Source of the DNA: a virus
Taxonomy: Duplodnaviria; Caudoviricetes
Virus record (IMG/VR): IMGVR_UViG_3300020045_011216
Coordinates: 1-51,182 of that record
Length of the DNA stretch: 51,182 nt
Strand: one strand, 5' to 3'
Part shown: in pieces, positions 27,647 to 35,326 of the stretch
Numbering within the stretch: the first letter of the stretch is position 1
Layout of the letters: each line of letters begins with the position of its first letter
Translations under genes and position numbers: made by a program
Notes under the pieces: model-generated
Databases searched by the model: none
The model's input: the letters and a program-made list of their open reading frames with translations, nothing else
Told to the model about the DNA's origin: nothing

Positions 27647-27991
27647 TTAGTCCAAGTGGTCCCCGCTTGGATCGAATGGGTTCAATACGTGCTTGCCAAG
27701 ACTACGGGCAATGTTACCTCTCCAACCTTCTTTTGTTACATGACGCTTAAGGCGCGCAGTAACAGTCAGTTCACGAGGAGGCTCTAGCATGATAAGTGAG
27801 AAAGGGCCTACGTTGACTAGAAAGTCAATAACTCCGCCAAGGACAAGTAACGGCGCGGCAAGGACAAGAGCGGGCTTAGACAGCTCACCGCGCTTCTTTG
27901 CACCCTGAACATTCATTAGTGCAAGGTAGAAAAGCCAGAGGGCGTAGATTGAAAGAACTGAATAACCAATTGAATAAAGGATATTAATCAT
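27647..27991 (-). CDS. Two-TM membrane protein, late-promoter driven
   Basis: Two hydrophobic helices; GGTTAAAATA motif about 10 nt upstream of ATG 27991. Confidence 0.6.
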   Translation of the reverse strand: MINILYSIGYSVLSIYALWLFYLALMNVQGAKKRGELSKPALVLAAPLLVLGGVIDFLVNVGPFSLIMLEPPRELTVTARLKRHVTKEGWRGNIARSLGKHVLNPFDPSGDHLD

Positions 27992-28397
27992 GATGGATGA
28001 TATTTTAACCACTTATAGTACATCTGCACAGACGGGACCTACTCTGAGTGCAAAGGAGATTCTTGATGGGATTGATTTCACTATGCAAGAATTTAATCGA
28101 CTCTCTCGATCAGTACCTGTGTCGTTCAACAAGGTCATTGTCAACGACATGTTTACTCAGCAGGAGAAGCCTATTAGAGTCCACAAGAAGCGCCGAAATC
28201 AATCGGAATCATATCATAGGCGAATCTCTAAAAAGTGGCTTAAACGTTACGGGACTAAGCCAGAAGAGTTTGCATACCTTATTAATGATGGTTATTGTGG
28301 CGGCACTCTCGTCGTGTCTGAGAAGATTCGGCAAGAGCTTAAAAGGCAGAACTATATCGACTTGTATAGCTACAACCTGAATAGGTGGTTTTTGTGA
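27990..28397 (+). CDS. Hypothetical protein
   Basis: 135 aa, AAGGA RBS; basic 'HKKRRNQSESYHRRISKKWLKRYG' segment. Confidence 0.6.
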   Translation: MMDDILTTYSTSAQTGPTLSAKEILDGIDFTMQEFNRLSRSVPVSFNKVIVNDMFTQQEKPIRVHKKRRNQSESYHRRISKKWLKRYGTKPEEFAYLINDGYCGGTLVVSEKIRQELKRQNYIDLYSYNLNRWFL

Positions 28398-28750
28398 GCT
28401 TTGAAATCCGCCCATGCCCGTTCTGCGATAATCCCTGCGATGCAGACTGGGTTGATGTAGGGATTGGTCACGTCCAATGCGGCCCATATCACTGCGTTGT
28501 ATGTGGTGCTTCTGAGATTGGAGGGTTTGATGCTTCAAGAGAACTTACCTCACTAGAAAAGGCTTACGGCTGGTATGGCCCAGGCTCAGAGCCTGGAAGC
28601 TCCGCTAATGTCGTAGCTGGAAAAGTGGTATCGGCAAATGCAATGAACGATATCTATCGAAAAGAGTTTGTGATGAACCCACTTCACTCTATTCCTGGGT
28701 ATGTAGAAGACTGGCGAGAAAACGTTAGAAAGAGAGGGGTATATAAATGA
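28385..28750 (+). CDS. Zinc-ribbon hypothetical protein
   Basis: CPFC...CVVC. Confidence 0.6.
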   Translation: MVFVSFEIRPCPFCDNPCDADWVDVGIGHVQCGPYHCVVCGASEIGGFDASRELTSLEKAYGWYGPGSEPGSSANVVAGKVVSANAMNDIYRKEFVMNPLHSIPGYVEDWRENVRKRGVYK

Positions 28751-29055
28751 CACAACCAAATATCTGGAAACAATCTTTCGAAGCTCACATGGTCTTAGAA
28801 GGAAGTTGGGGATCGCGTAAGCTTGGAAAGTATTCCTCAACTATGGAATTGCATCTCAATTCCGATACAGGGAAAGGTTTCATTGAATGGGATATCCCTG
28901 AAATCGAAACGACTGAACATATTGGACTTTGGTTTTCCCGCAATAACTATGGCGGACTAATTCTTTCCGATTACGACGGAGTGTTTAGTCTGCCAACTCA
29001 GGCTATTAGTATGCTTGAAGAAGCTGGTGTTTTTGTAGATGAGGAATTTCACTGA
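28747..29055 (+). CDS. Hypothetical protein
   Basis: 102 aa, GAGGGG RBS, coupled on both sides. Confidence 0.65.
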   Translation: MTQPNIWKQSFEAHMVLEGSWGSRKLGKYSSTMELHLNSDTGKGFIEWDIPEIETTEHIGLWFSRNNYGGLILSDYDGVFSLPTQAISMLEEAGVFVDEEFH

Positions 29056-29849
29056 TGAGTGACGATCTTGGCGACCGAATGAAGGGTTATGAGTCCAAGT
29101 ACACAAGCATCAAGCTTGATAGTACGCAGCCTATTATGGCAAGAATGGACGGGAGATCTTTTCATTCATTTACACAGGGCATGTTTCGACCCTTTGATAT
29201 GCGCATGGTACAGGCCATGACAAATACAACGATAAAGCTAGTCAAAGAGACTAATGCGTTAATAGGGTATTGCCAGTCTGATGAGATCTCTTTGATGTGG
29301 ATGCCAAAACATGAAGAGGAGCAAGTATGGTTTGACGGCAAGCTTCTGAAAATGACATCTCAGCTCGGTGCATTGACTTCTCTCCTGTTCTATCGGGAAG
29401 TAGAAGCCCTTATGCCAGAGTACGCAGGCAGGCTTCCAACGTTCGATGCCCGAGTATGGAATGTCCCAGACAAGGTTGAGGCCATGAACACTTTTCTATG
29501 GAGGGAGATTGACGCCAGGAAGAACAGTGTTTCCATGCTTGCATATTCTGAGTTCAGTCACAAATCCCTACTTAATGTTCGAACCGAAGAGAGGATTCAA
29601 AGGCTTAAAGACATCGGTATCGATTGGCATAATTACCCAGATTGTACAAAATACGGTACCTATGTCGGAAGAGTTGACCTAAGCGGGAAATTCACAAAAG
29701 AAGAGATCGAGAGCTTGCCCCTTAAGCACCTGGCCAGAACTGATCCGGATTTGATTGTCAAGAGATCTATCGTAAAAGAGCTTGCAGGAAGCTTGCTAGA
29801 AAAAGAATCTTCTGCTGAAAAGGTGAAATTCATCTTTCGAGAAGAGTAA
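29055..29849 (+). CDS. tRNA(His) guanylyltransferase Thg1-like protein (3'-5' polymerase)
   Basis: 'RMKGYE...ARMDGRSFHSFT...YCQSDEISL...PTFDARV'. Confidence 0.92.
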   Translation: MSDDLGDRMKGYESKYTSIKLDSTQPIMARMDGRSFHSFTQGMFRPFDMRMVQAMTNTTIKLVKETNALIGYCQSDEISLMWMPKHEEEQVWFDGKLLKMTSQLGALTSLLFYREVEALMPEYAGRLPTFDARVWNVPDKVEAMNTFLWREIDARKNSVSMLAYSEFSHKSLLNVRTEERIQRLKDIGIDWHNYPDCTKYGTYVGRVDLSGKFTKEEIESLPLKHLARTDPDLIVKRSIVKELAGSLLEKESSAEKVKFIFREE

Positions 29850-29874
29850 TTACAATAATTATTCTCGTATCCTT

Positions 29875-29892
29875 TGGTATAAGAGTAGTATG
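29875..29892 (+). promoter_or_regulatory. Conserved promoter motif, copy 3 (RT locus)
   Basis: TGGTATAAGAGTAGTATG. Confidence 0.75.
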
Positions 29893-30026
29893 CAAAGACT
29901 AAACCTAGTCTTGCTTGGTGCCGGCCATTCCCGGTGATTTTTTTATAGGTTCCATTTGACCAATAACCATACTGCCCCAAGTGGTAACTACTATAAAGAA
30001 AACAACAGAGAGTTTCACTTATCTTT

Positions 30027-30176
30027 ATGTTCGCAAAAATCATGCTATTCGTCGTCCGTACAAAGCGCGCCCTGACCGTCATCATGACTGTCCTGGACAT
30101 TGTAGCGGGCGTCATGGAGGCTGCAAAGGCTTCCGGCTATAACTTCCCGAGTCAAAAGACTCCGGTCGTCGCGTAA
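30027..30176 (+). CDS. Small hydrophobic protein (49 aa) not in the ORF track
   Basis: MFAKIMLFVVRTKRALTVIMTVLDIVAGVMEAAKASGYNFPSQKTPVVA; C-ending codon bias like neighbouring early genes. Confidence 0.5.
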   Translation: MFAKIMLFVVRTKRALTVIMTVLDIVAGVMEAAKASGYNFPSQKTPVVA

Positions 30177-30180
30177 CGTA

Positions 30181-30813
30181 GAGGGGTGGGTTTGGGAGAA
30201 GTCGAGTGCTCAATTTCCTAGTAGAGAAAGACTATGTCAACAACTCCACCGCCCCTGGATCTTATTCCAGTCACTGCGTCGGGTTCTGCCGTTACGGCTA
30301 ACCTGACTGCGCAGATGATGCCACCTTTGCCTGCACCCGTGCCATCTGCACGGCGGAGAGCTAGGCCGGCACCCGTACAAGTAGTTCCGACAAATAATGA
30401 CGAACTTCAATCGGAAGAGATTATTTTGGAAGATTTAGTGGACGCACTGACTCTGACAAATGAAATCTTTCCACTGCTCAGCCCTGCAACGGATTTTCTA
30501 GGCTTGGCACGCTCTTTACGGAACGTAGACTTTGAGGCAGCGGCCTCCGATATCCAAAGTATCGCTACGGCTCCACCTTCGCTTGAATCCATCCAGAGTA
30601 CTAGCTCTGCGACAAGCGAAGATCGTTCTTTAAACACGGCCCCTGAAGTTGCTGTGGACCCCGTAGGCCGTACACCTGAAATGTCTCTAGGATCGAGTAG
30701 CTCTCCTAGTTCAAACGATACTGAGTCGAGCAGCTCCTCAGTCGTTGCAGATCCATGGGCGGGGCACGATAGTCCTTATGCGTTGGGAGTACCTCCGGAA
30801 AACCTAGGTTTTC
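30181..30813 (+). ncRNA. Candidate structured RNA (msr/msd-like RT template), largely inside the 379-aa ORF
   Basis: Near-continuous hairpins, including a recurring TCGAG(Y/YA)GCTC core with different closing stems; boundaries uncertain. Confidence 0.4.
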
Positions 30814-31373
30814 ATGCGTATCCTGAAAACTTTGAAATCCCTACTGAACTTCTTAGGAGGATCAAGAAGAAGAAAGTAGTCCCGAACTCCGATAAATTAT
30901 CGCGGAAGAAAGACTACTATATTGTCCCTTGGCTGGGAAAGTTCCATTACTACAAAATTCAGCCCGTAGTCGAACGCAACGCGTCCCTTTACGAATTCAC
31001 GGTCAAACCCGACACGCGCAAAGAAGGCTTTGTGGCAATCGGAAAAGATCTTTATTATGTAACGTTCAAAGACCTGATTCGTGGAGTAATCCGCAAAAGT
31101 CGGAAATTAGAAATCAAATCTGGTTCAACCTATGCAGACCTCCTCGATTATGGAAACGAACAACCTGCCAAATCCAAGCCTAAGTCCAAGCGAGCCGGAG
31201 CCACAAACACGGTTCTTATTGAACAAGGTATCCCTGAAACAACCATTCAACCTGAAGACCAATCAAGACTTATCGCAGACTTTGGATTGGACCTCATCAA
31301 AAGCGTTGACTTGGCTAGCCAGATCCAAGAACGAGCATTACACGCCTTTATTCTTGAAGAAGAAGAGTGGTAA
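30234..31373 (+). CDS. RT-associated hypothetical protein (low-complexity N-half, basic/aromatic globular middle)
   Basis: 379-aa open frame; last 242 nt overlap the RT in another frame. Confidence 0.6.
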   Translation: MSTTPPPLDLIPVTASGSAVTANLTAQMMPPLPAPVPSARRRARPAPVQVVPTNNDELQSEEIILEDLVDALTLTNEIFPLLSPATDFLGLARSLRNVDFEAAASDIQSIATAPPSLESIQSTSSATSEDRSLNTAPEVAVDPVGRTPEMSLGSSSSPSSNDTESSSSSVVADPWAGHDSPYALGVPPENLGFHAYPENFEIPTELLRRIKKKKVVPNSDKLSRKKDYYIVPWLGKFHYYKIQPVVERNASLYEFTVKPDTRKEGFVAIGKDLYYVTFKDLIRGVIRKSRKLEIKSGSTYADLLDYGNEQPAKSKPKSKRAGATNTVLIEQGIPETTIQPEDQSRLIADFGLDLIKSVDLASQIQERALHAFILEEEEW

Positions 31374-32238
31374 AATTCGGAAGCTGTATAATCCGGATGC
31401 AGTCATGCGAGTCATGCAGTACAAGATTCTAAATCAAGTACTGGAAAACTTTGAAATCCCGGAGTATATCTGGGGTTTTGAGAGAGGTAAGTCTATTCCT
31501 GAAATGGCGAAAATCCACGTAGGAAAAACGATCGTCATCAGCTTGGATATTGAAGACTTCTTTACCAGCATTCACGAAAGTGGCATTCGTGCCATTCTCA
31601 TTGAATCTGGGATCGAAGAAGCTCCTGCAAGAAGTTTGAGCGAGCTAATGACCTATACGCATTTTGTTCCACAGGGTGCGTTAACCTCCCCTAAGATCAG
31701 CAACATCGTTGTTGCAGCTACGTTTGGAGAAGAGGTAAAGGTCTTCTGTGAAAACGTTGGGCTTACACTTTCTATCTTTGCTGATGACATCACAGTGTCT
31801 ACTGATAAAGTCTTTGAAACTCGTGAAGAGCAAAAAGAGTTCATCCAAGATGCTGTCGTGGAAATCTCGAAGTCAATCCGAAAGTACGGATTCTCTATCA
31901 ATCATAAAAAGACGAAAGTCATGTTTCCTCACCAACGAATGTGGGTAACGGGTTGCGTCACTAACGTCAAGGTTTCACTACGAAAAACAGAGCGGCAACG
32001 GCTACGAGCAATCGTTCATAACACTGAGAAGAACGGTCTTGAAGAAGAAGCTTCCAAGATGGAGCTAACTCCTCAGAAGTTTGCATCAGTTGTGACTGGG
32101 AGGCTGAACTGGTACGAACAGCTGGATCCTCGACTAGGGGGTCCGCTGAAAGAAAAGTTCAAGACTCTAGTAAAACAAGAAAAAAGCATTGACGCAGACT
32201 TAGTGTTTGCCTCAGTAGACAGCCTATACGCAGGCTAA
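31132..32238 (+). CDS. Retron-type reverse transcriptase
   Basis: 'KKKSGKIR', region X-like 'MAKIH', 'LDIEDFFTSI', 'PQGALTSPKISN', 'FADDIT', region Y 'WVTG'; start at 31132 or 31150. Confidence 0.9.
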   Translation: MQTSSIMETNNLPNPSLSPSEPEPQTRFLLNKVSLKQPFNLKTNQDLSQTLDWTSSKALTWLARSKNEHYTPLFLKKKSGKIRKLYNPDAVMRVMQYKILNQVLENFEIPEYIWGFERGKSIPEMAKIHVGKTIVISLDIEDFFTSIHESGIRAILIESGIEEAPARSLSELMTYTHFVPQGALTSPKISNIVVAATFGEEVKVFCENVGLTLSIFADDITVSTDKVFETREEQKEFIQDAVVEISKSIRKYGFSINHKKTKVMFPHQRMWVTGCVTNVKVSLRKTERQRLRAIVHNTEKNGLEEEASKMELTPQKFASVVTGRLNWYEQLDPRLGGPLKEKFKTLVKQEKSIDADLVFASVDSLYAG

Positions 32239-32243
32239 AAAGG

Positions 32244-32269
32244 AAACCGAGGTTACACTCGGTTTTTTT
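32244..32269 (+). terminator. Intrinsic terminator after the RT
   Basis: AAACCGAG-gttaca-CTCGGTTT plus T-run. Confidence 0.85.
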
Positions 32270-32292
32270 AGATTCAATAAGGAGTTGTAATT

Positions 32293-32310
32293 TGGTATAA
32301 GTATAGTACA
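32293..32310 (+). promoter_or_regulatory. Conserved promoter motif, copy 4
   Basis: TGGTATAAGTATAGTACA. Confidence 0.8.
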
Positions 32311-32356
32311 GACATATGTCTGCTTATCTGTAACCCTTAATAGGACCAGCATCATC

Positions 32357-34378
32357 ATGGAATTCAAGACTTTCAAGACCGCCGTTGCCAAGCAATTCGA
32401 ACTGATGGCAAAGCACGACCTCTTCCGTAGTGCCGTCAGTAAGGACGACATGTGGAATACCTATCTCAGCTCGTTCCCGGAAGGCACGAATCCGATCTAC
32501 AAGACTCGTACGGAACATGACTGCAACTGCTGTAAGCAATTCGTACGGTCTGTCGGAGATGTCGTCGCAATCATCGACGGCAAGATCGTCTCCCTCTGGG
32601 ATGGCGTCGTCAAGGATAAGGACTACCAAGTCGTCTCCAACGCCCTTTCCGCCCTTGTCAAGGCCCATCCGATCGAAGACACCTTTCTTCACTTCGAGCG
32701 CAAAGCCGGCACTGATCGCACCCTCGTCAACGCCCTGGATGGCGTGATCTCGTGGGACCACTTCTTCATCAACATCCCTGCCAAGTTCCACAAACCTGGC
32801 AAGGACATCGCAAGCGCTCTCAGCGAAACCCGGGCACACCACGATGTGTTCCTGCGGAGCCTCCAAACGATTACTTCGGAAGCCGTCGACACTGTTCTGG
32901 AACTGATCGCCCAGAACGGCCTGTACCGTGGCCAGGAGCACAAGGCTACGCTAACCGCATTCAAGCAGGCTCAAACGGCCTACAACAAGCTCAACGAGGC
33001 TGGTAAGGGTGTGTTTGCTTGGGGCAAGGCGTCGTCTCTGCCTGGCGCAGTCACCAAGATCCGCAACACCTCCATTGGCACCCTGCTCGTGGACCTATCG
33101 GAAGGCAAGGACCTGGAAAAGGCAGTCAAGGCTTTTGAGTCCATGGTCGCCCCGACCAACTACAAGCGTCCGACTGCGATTGTCACCAAGTCCATGATCG
33201 AGGCAGCAAAGACAAAGATCGCTGAACTCGGCCTGGGTTCAGCACTGGAGCGTCGCTACGCAACCATCGACGACATCAGCATCAACAACATTCTGTACGC
33301 CAACCGAAATGCTCGCAAGAGCATGAACGCTGACGTGTTCGATGAATTGATGTCAAAGGCAAGCGTGAAGACGCAATCCTTGAGCAAGGTCGAAGACGTG
33401 TCGATCGACAAGTTCCTCGCTGAGATCCTGCCGAAAGCAGAGTCGATCGAGGTCCTGGTCGAGAACAAACACGTCCCTCATCTGGTGTCTCTGGTTGCTC
33501 CTGCCGACGCAACGGCGAATCGCCTGTTCAAATGGGGCAACCCGTTCAGCTGGTCCTATAACGGTGACGTTACGGACTCGATCAAAGAACGGGTGAAGGC
33601 GGCTGGAGGCAACGTCACTGGAGATCTGTGCTGCCGTCTGGCATGGTTCAACCACGACGATCTGGACTTCCACATGATCGAACCGACAGGGAACGAGATC
33701 GACTTCCGGAACAAGGGCATCAGCGGCTGCGGTGGCAAGCTCGACGTTGACATGAATGCAGGCATGGGTACGACACGAGAGCCGGTAGAGAACATCTTCT
33801 ACGGTGACAAGAAGAAGATGAAGGAGGGCATGTACTATCTGAATGTGAATCAATGGTCCAAGCGGGAAACGAAGGACGTTGGCTTTGAAGTCGAAATGGA
33901 CTTCATGGGCACCGTCACGAAGTTCTCACACCCGGCCGCCGTCCCTCAAGGCAGCACCGTCACCGTCGTCGAGTTCCGCTATTCGCACAAGGATGGTATC
34001 ACCATTCTCAAGTCCCTGCCGGCAACGACCTCCGGGAAGGGCAAAGAAGTCTGGGGTATCACCACTCAGACTTTTCAGCCCGTCAACGTCGTCATGCTCA
34101 GCCCGAACTACTGGGACGACAAGCCTGTCGGCAACAAGCATCTGTTCTTCATGCTGGAAGGCTGCAAGAACGACGCAGAAGCACGTGGTTTCTACAACGA
34201 GTTCTTGACGGAGGAGTTGACCGCCCACCGCAAGGTGATTGAAATGGTCGGGGCCAAGATGCGTACGGAAAAGTCCGAGCAGCAGTTGTCCGGCCTTGGG
34301 TTTTCTTCGACCCAGCACGGCAATTTGACATGCCGCGTGAAGGGAAGTTTCTCCCGTGTCATCAACGTAGTTTTCTAA
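32357..34378 (+). CDS. Large hypothetical protein with a YfaP/DUF2135-like beta-sandwich segment
   Basis: 673 aa; 'HDCNCC' metal motif; 'DDLDFHMIEPTG...LDVDMN...PVENIF'. Confidence 0.7.
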   Translation: MEFKTFKTAVAKQFELMAKHDLFRSAVSKDDMWNTYLSSFPEGTNPIYKTRTEHDCNCCKQFVRSVGDVVAIIDGKIVSLWDGVVKDKDYQVVSNALSALVKAHPIEDTFLHFERKAGTDRTLVNALDGVISWDHFFINIPAKFHKPGKDIASALSETRAHHDVFLRSLQTITSEAVDTVLELIAQNGLYRGQEHKATLTAFKQAQTAYNKLNEAGKGVFAWGKASSLPGAVTKIRNTSIGTLLVDLSEGKDLEKAVKAFESMVAPTNYKRPTAIVTKSMIEAAKTKIAELGLGSALERRYATIDDISINNILYANRNARKSMNADVFDELMSKASVKTQSLSKVEDVSIDKFLAEILPKAESIEVLVENKHVPHLVSLVAPADATANRLFKWGNPFSWSYNGDVTDSIKERVKAAGGNVTGDLCCRLAWFNHDDLDFHMIEPTGNEIDFRNKGISGCGGKLDVDMNAGMGTTREPVENIFYGDKKKMKEGMYYLNVNQWSKRETKDVGFEVEMDFMGTVTKFSHPAAVPQGSTVTVVEFRYSHKDGITILKSLPATTSGKGKEVWGITTQTFQPVNVVMLSPNYWDDKPVGNKHLFFMLEGCKNDAEARGFYNEFLTEELTAHRKVIEMVGAKMRTEKSEQQLSGLGFSSTQHGNLTCRVKGSFSRVINVVF

Positions 34379-34425
34379 AACCCAGCCCTCTACGGAGGGC
34401 TTCTACTTTCAAACAAGGAATCATC

Positions 34426-34821
34426 ATGTCTATCATTTTCGAAAAAGCCGCCCGCCAAAAGATCCGCTTCGAGTCGAAGCAAGGTTCCATCTCGACCGAG
34501 GACCTGTGGGACTTGCCGCTCACCCACGCAACCCGCACGAACCTCGATGAGATCGCTCGCGGCCTGTTCCTGAAGCTGAAAAGCGGCCAGGACGTGTCCT
34601 TCGTCACCCCGGCTCAAAAGTCGAGCGACATCGATCAACTCAAGTTCGACGTGGTCAAGCACATCATCGACGTGAAGCTTGCCGAGCGTGACGTGGCCGC
34701 AACGGCCAAGGCCAATGCAGACAAGAAGCAGAAGCTGCTGGCGATTCTGGAGAACAAGCAGAACGAGGCTCTCGGCTCGCTGTCTTTGGAAGAGCTGACT
34801 GCTCAAATCAACGCTCTGTAA
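34426..34821 (+). CDS. Hypothetical helical partner protein (131 aa)
   Basis: AAGGA RBS before ATG 34426; 'STEDLWDLPL'. Confidence 0.75.
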   Translation: MSIIFEKAARQKIRFESKQGSISTEDLWDLPLTHATRTNLDEIARGLFLKLKSGQDVSFVTPAQKSSDIDQLKFDVVKHIIDVKLAERDVAATAKANADKKQKLLAILENKQNEALGSLSLEELTAQINAL

Positions 34822-34874
34822 CAAGAGCTGAACAAGGGGGAGCTACATGCTCCTCTTTTTAAACTGGAAAAACT

Positions 34875-35237
34875 ATGAATATTCTAGAAACCTGGGGTCG
34901 AGTTGAAGAGCTTGAAGATGAGATTTCTACTATCAAGGAAGACATTATAAACATCGTCAGACCAATCTTTAAAGAACTTGGACTTACTGTATGGGGGAAA
35001 CCTTCCCTCATATCTAAATCTACTAAAGAAGAGTTAGTTATTGAAACGGAGTATTGGTCAAGTGGAGGAAAGTGCGATTTCACATATAAAATCCCCTTGT
35101 CAGTTCTAAATTCCCCAGATCCAATCCAAGTCGCAAAAGAGTACTTCCTCGCCAAGGAGATGAGGGAAGATGAGGCAAGGAAGGCTCAGATTTTGGCGGA
35201 AATTGAGAGGTTGAAGAAGAGCCTAGAGCAAGGCTGA
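34875..35237 (+). CDS. Hypothetical protein
   Basis: 120-aa ORF before a terminator. Confidence 0.6.
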   Translation: MNILETWGRVEELEDEISTIKEDIINIVRPIFKELGLTVWGKPSLISKSTKEELVIETEYWSSGGKCDFTYKIPLSVLNSPDPIQVAKEYFLAKEMREDEARKAQILAEIERLKKSLEQG

Positions 35238-35255
35238 AGTAGGTGAGGAATGAAG

Positions 35256-35282
35256 AAAACCGGGCTTAGTCCTGGTTTTTTT
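35256..35282. terminator. Intrinsic terminator between convergent blocks
   Basis: AAAACCGGG-cttagt-CCTGGTTTTTTT. Confidence 0.75.
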
Positions 35283-35326
35283 AGGTTGAGGAAGGGGGGG
35301 TCCCCTTCTATCATTATGAGATAAAG

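Noticed and set aside
29660-30115. 151-aa minus-strand ORF
   Set aside because: Runs antisense across Thg1, the promoter and the micro-ORF, with no motif or RBS support
29906-30234. Retron a1/a2 inverted repeat (TAGTCTT with AAGACTA)
   Set aside because: Only 7 bp, and the 5' arm already pairs locally; too weak to call
29890-31131. CRISPR-like evenly spaced repeat array upstream of the RT
   Set aside because: The recurring hairpin cores are few and irregularly spaced; no repeat-spacer periodicity or cas genes seen
31132-32238. Diversity-generating retroelement or group II intron RT
   Set aside because: No TR/VR pair with adenine-specific differences or Avd seen, and no maturase/endonuclease domain; motifs (xAxxH, VTG) are retron-type
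32324-34824. Several long minus-strand ORFs (205, 166, 130, 144 aa)
   Set aside because: Shadows caused by the strong codon bias of the plus-strand genes
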